Part shown: positions 1 through 8,765 of the stretch, one piece after another
Layout: each line of letters begins with the position of its first letter
Numbering within the stretch: position 1 is the first letter of the stretch
Assembly: GCA_003331625.1 (NCBI GenBank)
Contig: QOPF01000001.1
Coordinates: forward strand, 167,474-231,473
Reading direction: 5' to 3'
Length of the DNA: 64,000 nucleotides
From: Gammaproteobacteria bacterium
Lineage (GTDB): Bacteria; Pseudomonadota; Gammaproteobacteria; Magnimaribacterales; AG-339-G14
The notes under the pieces: model-generated
Database searches by the model: none
Seen by the model: the letters and a program-made list of their open reading frames with translations, nothing else
What the model was told of the DNA's origin: nothing
Translations under genes and position numbers: made by a program

Positions 1-1468
1 GACGGGGACCGCTAAAACTGAAGCAAGAGAATTCGATGAAATTTATGAATTAGAAGCTGTTTCAATTCCTACTAATTTACCAATGATAAGAGAAAATAAA
101 AATGACAAAATTTATCTTACCGAGGAAGAGAAAAATGAAGCCATAATTAGTGAAATACAAACTTACTACGAAAGAGGAAATCCTATTTTAGTTGGAACGA
201 TTTCCGTTGAAAACTCAGAAATTCTATCTAAACAATTAGAAAGTTTAAATATTCCCCATAGAGTTTTAAATGCAAAACAAAACCAGCAAGAAGCTGAAAT
301 TATCTCTCAAGCAGGAAAAATAAAGGCCGTTACAATCGCAACCAATATGGCTGGTCGTGGGACAGATATTGTTTTAGGAGGTTTCCCAGAATCTGAAAAG
401 GCTCGAAAAGAAGTAGTTGAGCTTGGTGGATTACATGTAATTGGTACCGAAAGGCATGAGTCAAGAAGGATTGATAACCAATTAAGAGGAAGATCCGGAA
501 GACAAGGAGATCCTGGGTCTTCTCAGTTTTTTATGTCTCTTGATGATGGCCTTTTAAAGATATTCGCTCCTGAGAGGATGAAAGCATTGATGCAATCTTT
601 TGGAGGAATGGAAAAAGGAGAGTCTATAGAACATAAAATGCTTACCAACTCTATCGAAAGAGCTCAACGAAGAGTAGAAGGAAGAAATTTTGATATGAGA
701 AAAAGAATTCTAGAATTTGATGATGTTTTAAATGAACAAAGGCAAGTGATTTATCAACAAAGAAAGGAAATACTGGAAGATCATGACTTAAATGATTTAA
801 TCGCAACTATGCGTGAGGATGTTTTGGTAAAAGCTTTTAATTCTCACATACCGGAATTTGAAATCGAATCAAATTGGAAAGTTGAAGAACTTAAGAATAC
901 TCTTCAAGTCGATTTTAATCTTTTGTTTAATCTTGAAGAAGAATTAGATAAGTGTGAATCAAACACGCAAGAAGTTCTGGAATCACTTATCCAGTTTGCT
1001 GAGAAAGCCTATTTTAAAAAAAGAGCAAATTTCTCTGAAGTTTATTCTCAATTAGAAAATCAAATCATTCTTCAGGTAATTGATCAAAGTTGGAAAAACC
1101 ATATCAATCAATTGGATTCACTTAGGCAAAACATCGGTTTTAGAAGTTATGCCGGTAAAGATCCTAGGCTTGAATATAAAAGAGAGGCCTTTGAGATGTT
1201 CGAGCAATTGCTGGAAACAATAAAAAAAGAATCAACCAGATTTCTTTGTAGAGTTGAAGTTAAGCCTGAAGATGAAGCAGAAATAAAAAATATGAAAACA
1301 AGAGAGGTTTTAGAAAAAACTCAAACTATTCATGATAATTCTCCTTCAGCATTTATTGAAAATTCAGTGTCAAATAAGCAAGATAATAATAACTCAACTC
1401 CCGCTGAAGGTAACAGACGCCTTAGAAGGCTCCAAGCTAAAGCAAATAGAAAAAAAAATAAAAGATAA
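1..1468 (+). CDS. secA: Preprotein translocase ATPase SecA, C-terminal ~490 aa (5' end outside window)
   Basis: Reading frame is open to the window edge (TGTAKTEAREFDEIYELEAVSIPTN...). Motifs ATNMAGRGTDIVLGG and GGLHVIGTERHESRRIDNQLRGRSGRQGDPG are present. TAATG overlap with the next gene. Confidence 0.95.
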   Translation, partial: TGTAKTEAREFDEIYELEAVSIPTNLPMIRENKNDKIYLTEEEKNEAIISEIQTYYERGNPILVGTISVENSEILSKQLESLNIPHRVLNAKQNQQEAEIISQAGKIKAVTIATNMAGRGTDIVLGGFPESEKARKEVVELGGLHVIGTERHESRRIDNQLRGRSGRQGDPGSSQFFMSLDDGLLKIFAPERMKALMQSFGGMEKGESIEHKMLTNSIERAQRRVEGRNFDMRKRILEFDDVLNEQRQVIYQQRKEILEDHDLNDLIATMREDVLVKAFNSHIPEFEIESNWKVEELKNTLQVDFNLLFNLEEELDKCESNTQEVLESLIQFAEKAYFKKRANFSEVYSQLENQIILQVIDQSWKNHINQLDSLRQNIGFRSYAGKDPRLEYKREAFEMFEQLLETIKKESTRFLCRVEVKPEDEAEIKNMKTREVLEKTQTIHDNSPSAFIENSVSNKQDNNNSTPAEGNRRLRRLQAKANRKKNKR

Positions 1469-2643
1469 TGTTAAGTGACATAAAAATCGGTTGCTCTTCA
1501 ACTAATACAAAATATGGAAAACGACTGGATACTGCCATTATAGAACTTAATACTAAGGCAAATATATCCGGCTTGTTTACATCAAATAAATTTAAATCTG
1601 CTCCGGTCCAAGTTTGTCTAGATCAATTCAAAAAAAAGATGCATGGTAAAAAAATGCTCATTGTTAATGCAGGAAATGCTAATGCAGCTACTGGGGAAAA
1701 AGGTGTTGAAGACACAAAAAGATTAATAAATAATATTTCTAACTTATCAGGAATTGAGTTTAATAAAATTCTACCTTTTTCTACCGGCGTTGTTGGAGAG
1801 CTTCTAGATATGGAATCACTGGTTCCAGCATTTAAAGATTGTATTAAAAATTTAAGTAAGAATACTTGGTCTGATTTTGCGAAAGCGATAATGACTACTG
1901 ATACTCACCACAAAATGGTAAAACACGAAGTAAAAATTGGTTCTAAAAAATTTAAGATAATTGGTATAGCTAAGGGAGTTGGAATGATCGAACCTAACAT
2001 GGCAACTACTTTAAGTTATGTTTTTACAGACTTAAAAATTCCTTCTATAAAATTAAAAAAGCTCCATAAAAAAGCTTGCGATAATAGTTTTAATGTTATT
2101 TCAATTGACGGTGACCAATCGCCTAGTGATTCAACTATTTTAGTTGCAACCGGTTCAGTTGATATAGATATAAAAAGATATGAAGAAAAGATAGAAAGAG
2201 AACTATTAACTGTATTTAGAAAATTGTCAGAAAAATTAGTTCTAGACGGAGAAGGAGCAACTAAATTAATAAGGATAAACGTCAAAGGACTAAGTTCTTA
2301 TGATGATTGTAAAAAAGTTGCTCTCAAAATTGCAAATTCTCCTTTGGTTAAAACTGCTGCTTATGGAGAAGATCCTAATTGGGGAAGAATTATTTCTGCA
2401 GCAGGAAATGCAAATGTAGATGAGTTTGATATGAATAATTTAAATTTAAAGATTGGTAAACATTTAGTTCTTTTTAAGGGAAATTTATCTAAAAGTTATT
2501 CAGAGTCAAAAGGAAGGCGAGAATTTAGAAAAAAAATAATACAACTTGACATTACATTAGGTAAATCAAAAAACTCTGCTTTAATTATGACTTCTGATCT
2601 AACTCCTGATTACATATCTATAAATAGTGATTATCGAAGCTAA
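1468..2643 (+). CDS. argJ: Bifunctional glutamate N-acetyltransferase / amino-acid acetyltransferase ArgJ
   Basis: 391 aa with autoprocessing-site region PNMATTLSYVFTD, GEDPNWGRI and a C-terminal YISINSDYRS. Sits directly after secA, as in Pseudomonas-type synteny. Confidence 0.9.
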   Translation: MLSDIKIGCSSTNTKYGKRLDTAIIELNTKANISGLFTSNKFKSAPVQVCLDQFKKKMHGKKMLIVNAGNANAATGEKGVEDTKRLINNISNLSGIEFNKILPFSTGVVGELLDMESLVPAFKDCIKNLSKNTWSDFAKAIMTTDTHHKMVKHEVKIGSKKFKIIGIAKGVGMIEPNMATTLSYVFTDLKIPSIKLKKLHKKACDNSFNVISIDGDQSPSDSTILVATGSVDIDIKRYEEKIERELLTVFRKLSEKLVLDGEGATKLIRINVKGLSSYDDCKKVALKIANSPLVKTAAYGEDPNWGRIISAAGNANVDEFDMNNLNLKIGKHLVLFKGNLSKSYSESKGRREFRKKIIQLDITLGKSKNSALIMTSDLTPDYISINSDYRS

Positions 2644-3172
2644 ATTTTTACCTATTACGCCTAGTGTTATCCCTGAAAACTTTTTTTCAAACATAAAAGA
2701 GCTCTTAAAGAAGTCTAATTTTTTGATATATAGAGTAAATAAAGATCTTTTTTCTATTGAACATTGGGAAGCTACAAAAAGGATTTATGAGGACAATAAT
2801 GGATTTATAATTTTGCATTCAAATCTTAGAAAGTATGTTCCTCAAGAAAATAATATTCATTTAACTTCAAAACACCTCATGGAAAGTGATAAAAAAAATG
2901 TTTTATTTGCAGGAGCGTCATGTCACAACGAAAATGAAGTAAAGAAAGCCCTAGAGTTAGATTTAGATTATATTTTGATTTCGCCTATTAAAAAATTACC
3001 AAATAAAAATTCTCCTCTTGGCTGGGAAAGATTTTCAAAACTTGCAAGGTTATTTCCTGGTCCTAGCTTTGCTTTGGGTGGAATGAATTTATATGATCTT
3101 AACGAAGCTAAGCTTTATGGAGCTCAGGGAATAGCCGGAATTAGATCTTTTTTTAATCTTCAGAATGACTGA
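2627..3172 (+). CDS. ThiE/TenI-like (thiamine-phosphate synthase superfamily) domain protein; occupies the mutT slot but has no NUDIX box
   Basis: 181 aa; ASCHNENEVKKALELDLDYILISPI and FALGGM resemble the ThiE-fold TIM barrel. The only possible start is GTG at 2627, a 17-nt overlap with argJ, because there is no internal Met until residue ~85. No GX5EX7REUXEEXGU-type NUDIX motif seen. Confidence 0.55.
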   Translation: MIIEAKFLPITPSVIPENFFSNIKELLKKSNFLIYRVNKDLFSIEHWEATKRIYEDNNGFIILHSNLRKYVPQENNIHLTSKHLMESDKKNVLFAGASCHNENEVKKALELDLDYILISPIKKLPNKNSPLGWERFSKLARLFPGPSFALGGMNLYDLNEAKLYGAQGIAGIRSFFNLQND

Positions 3173-3305
3173 TTTCAGACGAAATCACATTTTTCTCATT
3201 TAGCCAATTTGAAAGATCTAAAGATCTGCATCTTTCGGAGCAAAAAGGTTTAAATTGTTTATCTTGTTTTTTTAAAAGTTCTTCTTTGCAATTAGGACAC
3301 TTCAT
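3153..3305 (-). CDS. yacG: DNA gyrase inhibitor YacG (zinc-ribbon protein), 50 aa; absent from the supplied ORF track
   Basis: Hand translation gives MKCPNCKEELLKKQDKQFKPFCSERCRSLDLSNWLNEKNVISSEISHSED*. This matches the YacG pattern CPxC...PFCSxRCxxxDLxxW. ATGA start/stop overlap with coaE; the coaE-yacG-mutT-secA neighbourhood is as in E. coli. Confidence 0.8.
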   Translation of the reverse strand: MKCPNCKEELLKKQDKQFKPFCSERCRSLDLSNWLNEKNVISSEISHSED

Positions 3306-3901
3306 CAATTTTTTAGAGTATTTATAATTTTTTGATGAAATTCAGTCACTGCATTTTGTAGATCATCCAGAGTACTTTCATTTTTAATAACATGTGTAGC
3401 TAAACGAAGACGTTCCGAGCGATTTATTTGAGATAGAATTATAGTCTTAACTTGTTCTTCAGGAACTTCATCGCGCTTTATTGTGCGTAAAATTTGAATT
3501 TCTTCTGAAGCATCTATAACAAGAACTTCGTTACAATAATCTGATTGTTTTGTTTCAAATAACAAAGGAGAAGCTAAAATTGTATAAATTGACGATGAAG
3601 AATTAATTTCTGCTTTGATCAATTCGGCAATTAACGGATGAAGTAAAGATTCTAACCAATCCTTTTCTTTTTCGTCCTGAAAAATAATCTCTCTGAGTTT
3701 TTTTCTGTCTAATTCGCCAGAGGAAAGTAAAATATCACTGCCGTATCTCTTTTCAATTTCTAGCAATCCTTTTTCTTTTTTTTGAACCGGTATTCTAGAT
3801 AAGACATCTGCATCAACAACTTTAATCCCTAAAGAAGCTAAAACTTCAGTAGCTGCTGATTTTCCTGACCCAATACCGCCAGTAACTCCGAGGACAAACA
3901 T
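3305..3901 (-). CDS. coaE: Dephospho-CoA kinase
   Basis: 198 aa with N-terminal P-loop GVTGGIGSGKS. Synteny with yacG. Confidence 0.9.
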   Translation of the reverse strand: MFVLGVTGGIGSGKSAATEVLASLGIKVVDADVLSRIPVQKKEKGLLEIEKRYGSDILLSSGELDRKKLREIIFQDEKEKDWLESLLHPLIAELIKAEINSSSSIYTILASPLLFETKQSDYCNEVLVIDASEEIQILRTIKRDEVPEEQVKTIILSQINRSERLRLATHVIKNESTLDDLQNAVTEFHQKIINTLKN

Positions 3902-3933
3902 TTTTTTATATATTTTTTTAAAAAACCTTTAAT

Positions 3934-5274
3934 ATGGTAATTCTTTCACAAAATTTGTTAAGCATGAATCCATATCGATTACTTTTTTTTCTAACAGTAT
4001 TAAATTTACTAAATATTACCGATAGACAGCTTATTGCAAGTTTTGCAAATTACATAGTACCTGAGCTTAGTTTAACTGGGTGGCAATTTGGATTGCTGAC
4101 TTCATTGGCTTTTATTTTTTTCTACTCAATTATGGGTCTGTTTATGGGAGCATTAGCTGATCGAGTAAATAGATCTAAATTAATAGCTTTCGGAGTTGTC
4201 CTTTGGAGTATTTTTACTGTTGCCTCTGGAGCAGCTAAAAGTTTCATAACTTTAGCTTTGCCTAGAATGTTTATTGGTGTGGGTGAATCAATTATTACAC
4301 CAACTTCCATGTCTCTTTTAGGAGACGCCTTTCCACCAAAAAGGATGGGTTTTGTTGCAGGTTTTTACTATTTAGGCGTGCCGTTAGGAGTGGCTATAAG
4401 TTTACTGCTTGTAGGATTTGTAGCTGATATTAAGTCGCCTATTTTTTTAGAAGGTTTGCTAGGAGAAACCATAGGATGGCGTGGTTGCTTCTACATGCTA
4501 GGAATACTAGGAGTTGTTCTAGGACTAAGCATGCTGCTTTTTAAAGATACTCGAAGAATTAATTCAGTTGCAAACCATAATCCTGTTGAAGAAGAGTTAT
4601 CTTTTTCTCAAGCAATGAGAATATTAGTTGATGCCCTCAAAAATTCACCTGCCCTTACATTAACAATTGCTGGTGGAGTTTTTTATCATATTATTCTTGG
4701 TGCAGCTGCCTTTGAGCAAATTTGGTATGTTGAAGAAAGAGGTTTTGATAGAAGTATAATCGCTCAAATTACTGGGATAATCGCTGTTTTTGCTGGTTTA
4801 GCTGGTGTTTTATTTGGAGGTTTAGTAAGTGATTGGTGGCAGGAAAAAACAAATCAAGGAAGGCCAATTTTTCTCTTTTGGCTATCTCTAATATTATTGC
4901 CTGTAGGAATTCTTTACAGATTTGTAGAACCAGATTCTGTTATTTTCTGGATTGGCGTTGTTGTGGGTTATTTTCAATTGGGTTGTTTTTATGGTCCTAC
5001 ATTTTCAACAGTTCAAGAATTGGTTCCAGAGAAAATCCGAGCAACAGTCGTAGCTTTCTACATTTTATGTATAAATTTAATAGGCCTCACAGTTGGTTCT
5101 CTTGGCACAGGAATTTTAATAGATATTTTTAAACAAGGTTCTATTGCTGAACCCTACACTTGGTCTCTTTTGATTTTTGGATTTATAGGATCTCTAGCAA
5201 TACCTTGTTATTTGATAGCTGGCAGAAGGTATGCTCAAGACAAGCAAAGCTTAGAAAGAAGTATTCAATCTTGA
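3934..5274 (+). CDS. MFS transporter (about 12 TM segments)
   Basis: 446 aa and hydrophobic throughout. MFS loop motif GALADRVNRSKL between TM2 and TM3. The start could instead be the Met at 3964. Confidence 0.8.
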   Translation: MVILSQNLLSMNPYRLLFFLTVLNLLNITDRQLIASFANYIVPELSLTGWQFGLLTSLAFIFFYSIMGLFMGALADRVNRSKLIAFGVVLWSIFTVASGAAKSFITLALPRMFIGVGESIITPTSMSLLGDAFPPKRMGFVAGFYYLGVPLGVAISLLLVGFVADIKSPIFLEGLLGETIGWRGCFYMLGILGVVLGLSMLLFKDTRRINSVANHNPVEEELSFSQAMRILVDALKNSPALTLTIAGGVFYHIILGAAAFEQIWYVEERGFDRSIIAQITGIIAVFAGLAGVLFGGLVSDWWQEKTNQGRPIFLFWLSLILLPVGILYRFVEPDSVIFWIGVVVGYFQLGCFYGPTFSTVQELVPEKIRATVVAFYILCINLIGLTVGSLGTGILIDIFKQGSIAEPYTWSLLIFGFIGSLAIPCYLIAGRRYAQDKQSLERSIQS

Positions 5275-7166
5275 GAGACGATTGTTGATTTAACTTTTTT
5301 GTTATTAAGTCTCCAGTATAGCTGGGCTAATTTAATCAAGGACAGCCTTACAGTTCTGTCAAAAAAAGAAACTTTCGAAATCTCAGATTTGACTTCACAT
5401 GTTTGCTTACCTCTTATTAAATTACCAGGAAGAGCGCCAGTAGCTTTGCCATTTTCACTAACTATGTGACCTCTTTTGATTGTTGCAACATATCCTGTAG
5501 CATCCTGAATTAATCTTTTTCCACCCAAAGGAAGGTCATGAATCATCTTAGGATGACTAACATTCAATTTTTTAAAATCAATGATATTAATGTCAGCCAA
5601 CATTCCAGCTTTAATTTCACCACGATCGAATAAGCCAAAGGTCTCAGCTGTATCTTTAGTTTGTTTTCTTACTAACTTTTCAAGAGGAAATTTTTTACCA
5701 GCTTCTCGATCTCTTGCCCAATGAGACAAATTAGTTGTTGGCATACTTGCATCACATATTAGTCCGCAATGAGCACCGCCATCACTTCCTCCAGCAACGG
5801 AAGATTTTAATCCATATGCTTGTTCTACAAAATTAAGTTTGTAATTTTCGTATGGAGTAAAAGCGGCATAAATCAAATTTGTACCACTGTTCTTCATCAT
5901 TTCATCAAACATAACTTCAAGTTCCGGGATACCTTTTTTTGATGAAATTGCTGCAATACTGTCTTCTTTTTTTGGCTCATAATTTGGGGGCGTTCCTAAA
6001 ATAAATTGTGTCTTATAATTAGAAGTAAGACTTAAAAGAAGATCTGCATCTTTTTCTATTTCTTCCCTAGTTTTAGTGTTATCTGCTTCCGCAAGTCTCT
6101 TTTCTATTTCTGATTCAAGATTAGGCTTTTGATTTAATAATTTATTTTTAAAATTAGCATCTTTCATGATTTCATATTTTTCATCATGAGGTAAATGAGC
6201 AATTTCTTTGTAAGCTGGATATTGCATAAAAGGATTTAAAGAGCTTTCAAAACCAAACATCAAACCGACGTTTCTTCCTGGGAATTGAGGACGAATATTT
6301 TTGCCTTTGAGATATTGCTCCTCAGAATATAAAATAGTTTTTACTGCATCTCCATTAGTTTGTAAGAAAGTTAATCCACAATTACTTTTCTTCACATACT
6401 CTTTCATCCAAGACATCTCTATCTCTTCATCAAGCCAATCAGAAGTAATTTCTAAAGTTCCTTCGCCAGCTTTATCAACACCAAAAGCAAGAGCTCTCAT
6501 CTCCTCCGAACTAGCTTCAGTACCTGGAACATATTTACCATAAATATCTCTATGTAAAATAGTTCTTGAAGTACTAAATCCAAGGGCGCCAGCAGTTATA
6601 GCCTCGGTTACAAGTTCTGACATTTCGCCTATTTCTGAATCGGAAGCGTCAACTTGATTCTGACATCTATCATGTCCCATCACATAGCTTCTAAGAGGAC
6701 CATGTCCAATCATAAAACCAAGATCCATTACAAATTCTTTTTTATCTATTGCATTTAAAAATTCAGGAAAAGTTTCCCAATCCCATTCAATTCCTTCATG
6801 TAAAGCTGAGCCTGGAATATCTTCTACCCCTTCCATTAATTGAATTAAAAAATTTTCCTCTCCTGGCCTAACAGGAGCAAAGCCAACACCGCAATTTCCC
6901 ATTACGGCTGTAGTTACTCCATGCCAACTTGAAGGGGTTAAATAAGGATCCCAGCATACCTGACCATCATAATGGGTATGAATATCTACCCAACCAGGCG
7001 TGACTAAATTTCCTTTAGCATCAATTTCTTCCTTGCCTGAATTTTCTACAATGCCAACAACAGATATTTTTTCATTATCTATTGCTACATCTCCGATGAA
7101 TGGTTTTTTTCCAGTACCATCTACAATTTTTCCGTTTCTAATAACTAAATCGTGTAAAGCTCTCAT
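5265..7166 (-). CDS. N-acyl-D-amino-acid deacylase family amidohydrolase
   Basis: 633 aa. N-terminus LVIRNGKIVDGTG...GDVAI...VTPGWVDIHTHYDGQ...HGVTTAVMGNCG is typical of the D-aminoacylase/D-glutamate deacylase branch of metal amidohydrolases. Confidence 0.75.
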   Translation of the reverse strand: MRALHDLVIRNGKIVDGTGKKPFIGDVAIDNEKISVVGIVENSGKEEIDAKGNLVTPGWVDIHTHYDGQVCWDPYLTPSSWHGVTTAVMGNCGVGFAPVRPGEENFLIQLMEGVEDIPGSALHEGIEWDWETFPEFLNAIDKKEFVMDLGFMIGHGPLRSYVMGHDRCQNQVDASDSEIGEMSELVTEAITAGALGFSTSRTILHRDIYGKYVPGTEASSEEMRALAFGVDKAGEGTLEITSDWLDEEIEMSWMKEYVKKSNCGLTFLQTNGDAVKTILYSEEQYLKGKNIRPQFPGRNVGLMFGFESSLNPFMQYPAYKEIAHLPHDEKYEIMKDANFKNKLLNQKPNLESEIEKRLAEADNTKTREEIEKDADLLLSLTSNYKTQFILGTPPNYEPKKEDSIAAISSKKGIPELEVMFDEMMKNSGTNLIYAAFTPYENYKLNFVEQAYGLKSSVAGGSDGGAHCGLICDASMPTTNLSHWARDREAGKKFPLEKLVRKQTKDTAETFGLFDRGEIKAGMLADINIIDFKKLNVSHPKMIHDLPLGGKRLIQDATGYVATIKRGHIVSENGKATGALPGNLIRGKQTCEVKSEISKVSFFDRTVRLSLIKLAQLYWRLNNKKVKSTIVSQD

Positions 7167-7187
7167 TGAAATCTATTTTGAATTAAA

Positions 7188-7205
7188 AAAGAATTATAAT
7201 TCTTT
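7188..7205. promoter_or_regulatory. Perfect 18-bp palindrome AAAGAATTA|TAATTCTTT in a divergent promoter region (candidate operator)
   Basis: All 9 arm positions pair when checked base by base. Lies in the 78-bp gap between the deacylase start (7166, -) and the FkbM methyltransferase start (7245, +). Confidence 0.3.
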
Positions 7206-7244
7206 ATTAACATTTGTAGAAGAATTTTTATTTAGATTTTAGAT

Positions 7245-7928
7245 ATGATAAAGCTTATGAGATTTTTTAATGATTTACTCTTTAAATCAAAATGGTATTT
7301 GAAGAATAGATTTAAGATAAATAGAAGCGGAAGAGTTAAAGAAGCTTCGAAGGAATTTGAAAGCTATATATCAACTTTACCGAATAACTCTATGGTGATT
7401 GATGTAGGAGCGAATGTAGGAAAATATACAAATTTATTTTTATCAAGAAATTTTAAAGTGCATGCATTTGAACCCGATCCGATTGCAGTAAAAGAATTGA
7501 GAAAGTCATGTGGTAAAGATCATGATAACTTTAAATTATTTCAAAAAGCTATTGGAATAAAAAAAGAAATAAAAAGGCTTTATAGATATAGAAAATTTGA
7601 AGAAAGAAATCCTGAAACAACCATAGGCTCATCTATATTGAGTTCTAGAAGTGGAAAAGGAATGCCTTCTATAGAAATAGAATGCATAGACTTTATTGAG
7701 TACTTAAAAAATATTAATGCAAAAGTTTGTTTACTTAAAATAGATATTGAGGGAGCAGAAATAGAGATCTTAAATAAAATTATTGATCACAAACTTCATG
7801 AAAATATTGGAAGAATATATGCCGAAACGCATGAAAGATTTTCCCATAAAATTGCTATTCAGACTGTGAAATTAAGATTACGGCTTGTTAAAGAGAATAT
7901 AAAAAATATAAATCTCGACTGGGGTTAA
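7245..7928 (+). CDS. FkbM-family SAM-dependent methyltransferase
   Basis: 227 aa with SAM-binding VIDVGANVGKYT, AFEPDP and LKIDIEGAE, characteristic of the FkbM family. Confidence 0.75.
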   Translation: MIKLMRFFNDLLFKSKWYLKNRFKINRSGRVKEASKEFESYISTLPNNSMVIDVGANVGKYTNLFLSRNFKVHAFEPDPIAVKELRKSCGKDHDNFKLFQKAIGIKKEIKRLYRYRKFEERNPETTIGSSILSSRSGKGMPSIEIECIDFIEYLKNINAKVCLLKIDIEGAEIEILNKIIDHKLHENIGRIYAETHERFSHKIAIQTVKLRLRLVKENIKNINLDWG

Positions 7929-7939
7929 TAATTTTATTT

Positions 7940-8015
7940 TGGTGGAGCTACGCGGGATCGAACCGCGGACCTCCTGAATGCAAATCAGGCGCTCTCCCAG
8001 CTGAGCTATAGCCCC
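7940..8015 (-). tRNA. tRNA-Ala (anticodon UGC), CCA encoded
   Basis: Reverse complement is GGGGCTATAGCTCAGCTGGGAGAGCGCCTGATTTGCATTCAGGAGGTCCGCGGTTCGATCCCGCGTAGCTCCACCA. It folds as a full cloverleaf with the G3:U70 Ala identity pair and anticodon loop TT-TGC-AT. Confidence 0.95.
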
Positions 8016-8026
8016 AAAGGAATTGG

Positions 8027-8032
8027 ATTATA
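8027..8032 (-). promoter_or_regulatory. Possible -10 box (TATAAT) for tRNA-Ala
   Basis: Perfect TATAAT on the minus strand, 11 nt upstream of the tRNA 5' end. The -35 region is weak and lies in the 3' end of the crotonase gene. The tRNA could also be co-transcribed with the upstream operon. Confidence 0.3.
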
Positions 8033-8050
8033 TAAGAAGTTTCGCAATAA

Positions 8051-8755
8051 CTAAACAGATACAAAATTTGGATTATCAGAAGGCTTAGGAAGAGTTGCTT
8101 TTATTTTTTCAACGATACTAGCCTGAAAGACTTCTTTAGTTTTCTGATACATTGGATGTCCCAATGTTGCTAGGTCTTCAGCTTTCTCCATTGCTCTTTT
8201 CATAAGGTCTTCATGATTTACGACTTCATCGATCCAACCTGCACTGACCGCATCGGTCATTTTGTAAGGATCGCCATGGAATAATGCTCTGTAAATGTGT
8301 TGTTTATCAACTCTACTTGCTGCAATTTCCATAATAGGCGTTGGTATATCCATGTTGTTTCTTACTTCATTTGCTTGCACAACGAACTCCCCATTTATGC
8401 CAATTCTGTAATCACAACAACAGACCACAAAAATTCCTAAAGCAACAGCATGTCCAGAAATCGCGGCAATTATAGGTCTAGGAAAAGTATATAAATCAAA
8501 TAAAGTTTTAAAACCTAAGGCAGACATATTTTTTATTAAATCCACATCTCCTGAACTAAAAGTTTTTAAATCAAACCCTCCTGAAAACATTCCATCTCTT
8601 CCAGTAATTATTACCGATCCCTTATCTTTAGGAATATCTGCAAGAATGTTTTGAATTGTTTCTAACATTGGATGGGAAAAGACATTAGCCTTTCCGTCGT
8701 TCAAAGTTATTATTGATACTTCTCCTTTTTTTTCTAAAGTAGCTAATTCTGACAT
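8051..8755 (-). CDS. Enoyl-CoA hydratase/isomerase (crotonase) family protein
   Basis: 234 aa with the crotonase oxyanion-hole region GRDGMFSGGFDL and AAISGHAVALG. An AGGAG Shine-Dalgarno sequence overlaps the stop codon of the upstream gene. Confidence 0.8.
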   Translation of the reverse strand: MSELATLEKKGEVSIITLNDGKANVFSHPMLETIQNILADIPKDKGSVIITGRDGMFSGGFDLKTFSSGDVDLIKNMSALGFKTLFDLYTFPRPIIAAISGHAVALGIFVVCCCDYRIGINGEFVVQANEVRNNMDIPTPIMEIAASRVDKQHIYRALFHGDPYKMTDAVSAGWIDEVVNHEDLMKRAMEKAEDLATLGHPMYQKTKEVFQASIVEKIKATLPKPSDNPNFVSV

Positions 8756-8765
8756 TTTTGTTCTC

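Noticed and set aside
4833-5132. 99-aa same-strand alternative-frame ORF inside the MFS gene, and the 73-aa one at 46460-46681 inside dedA
   Set aside because: They are out of frame within membrane-protein genes whose main frames show continuous TM-helix periodicity. There is no evidence for overlapping coding.
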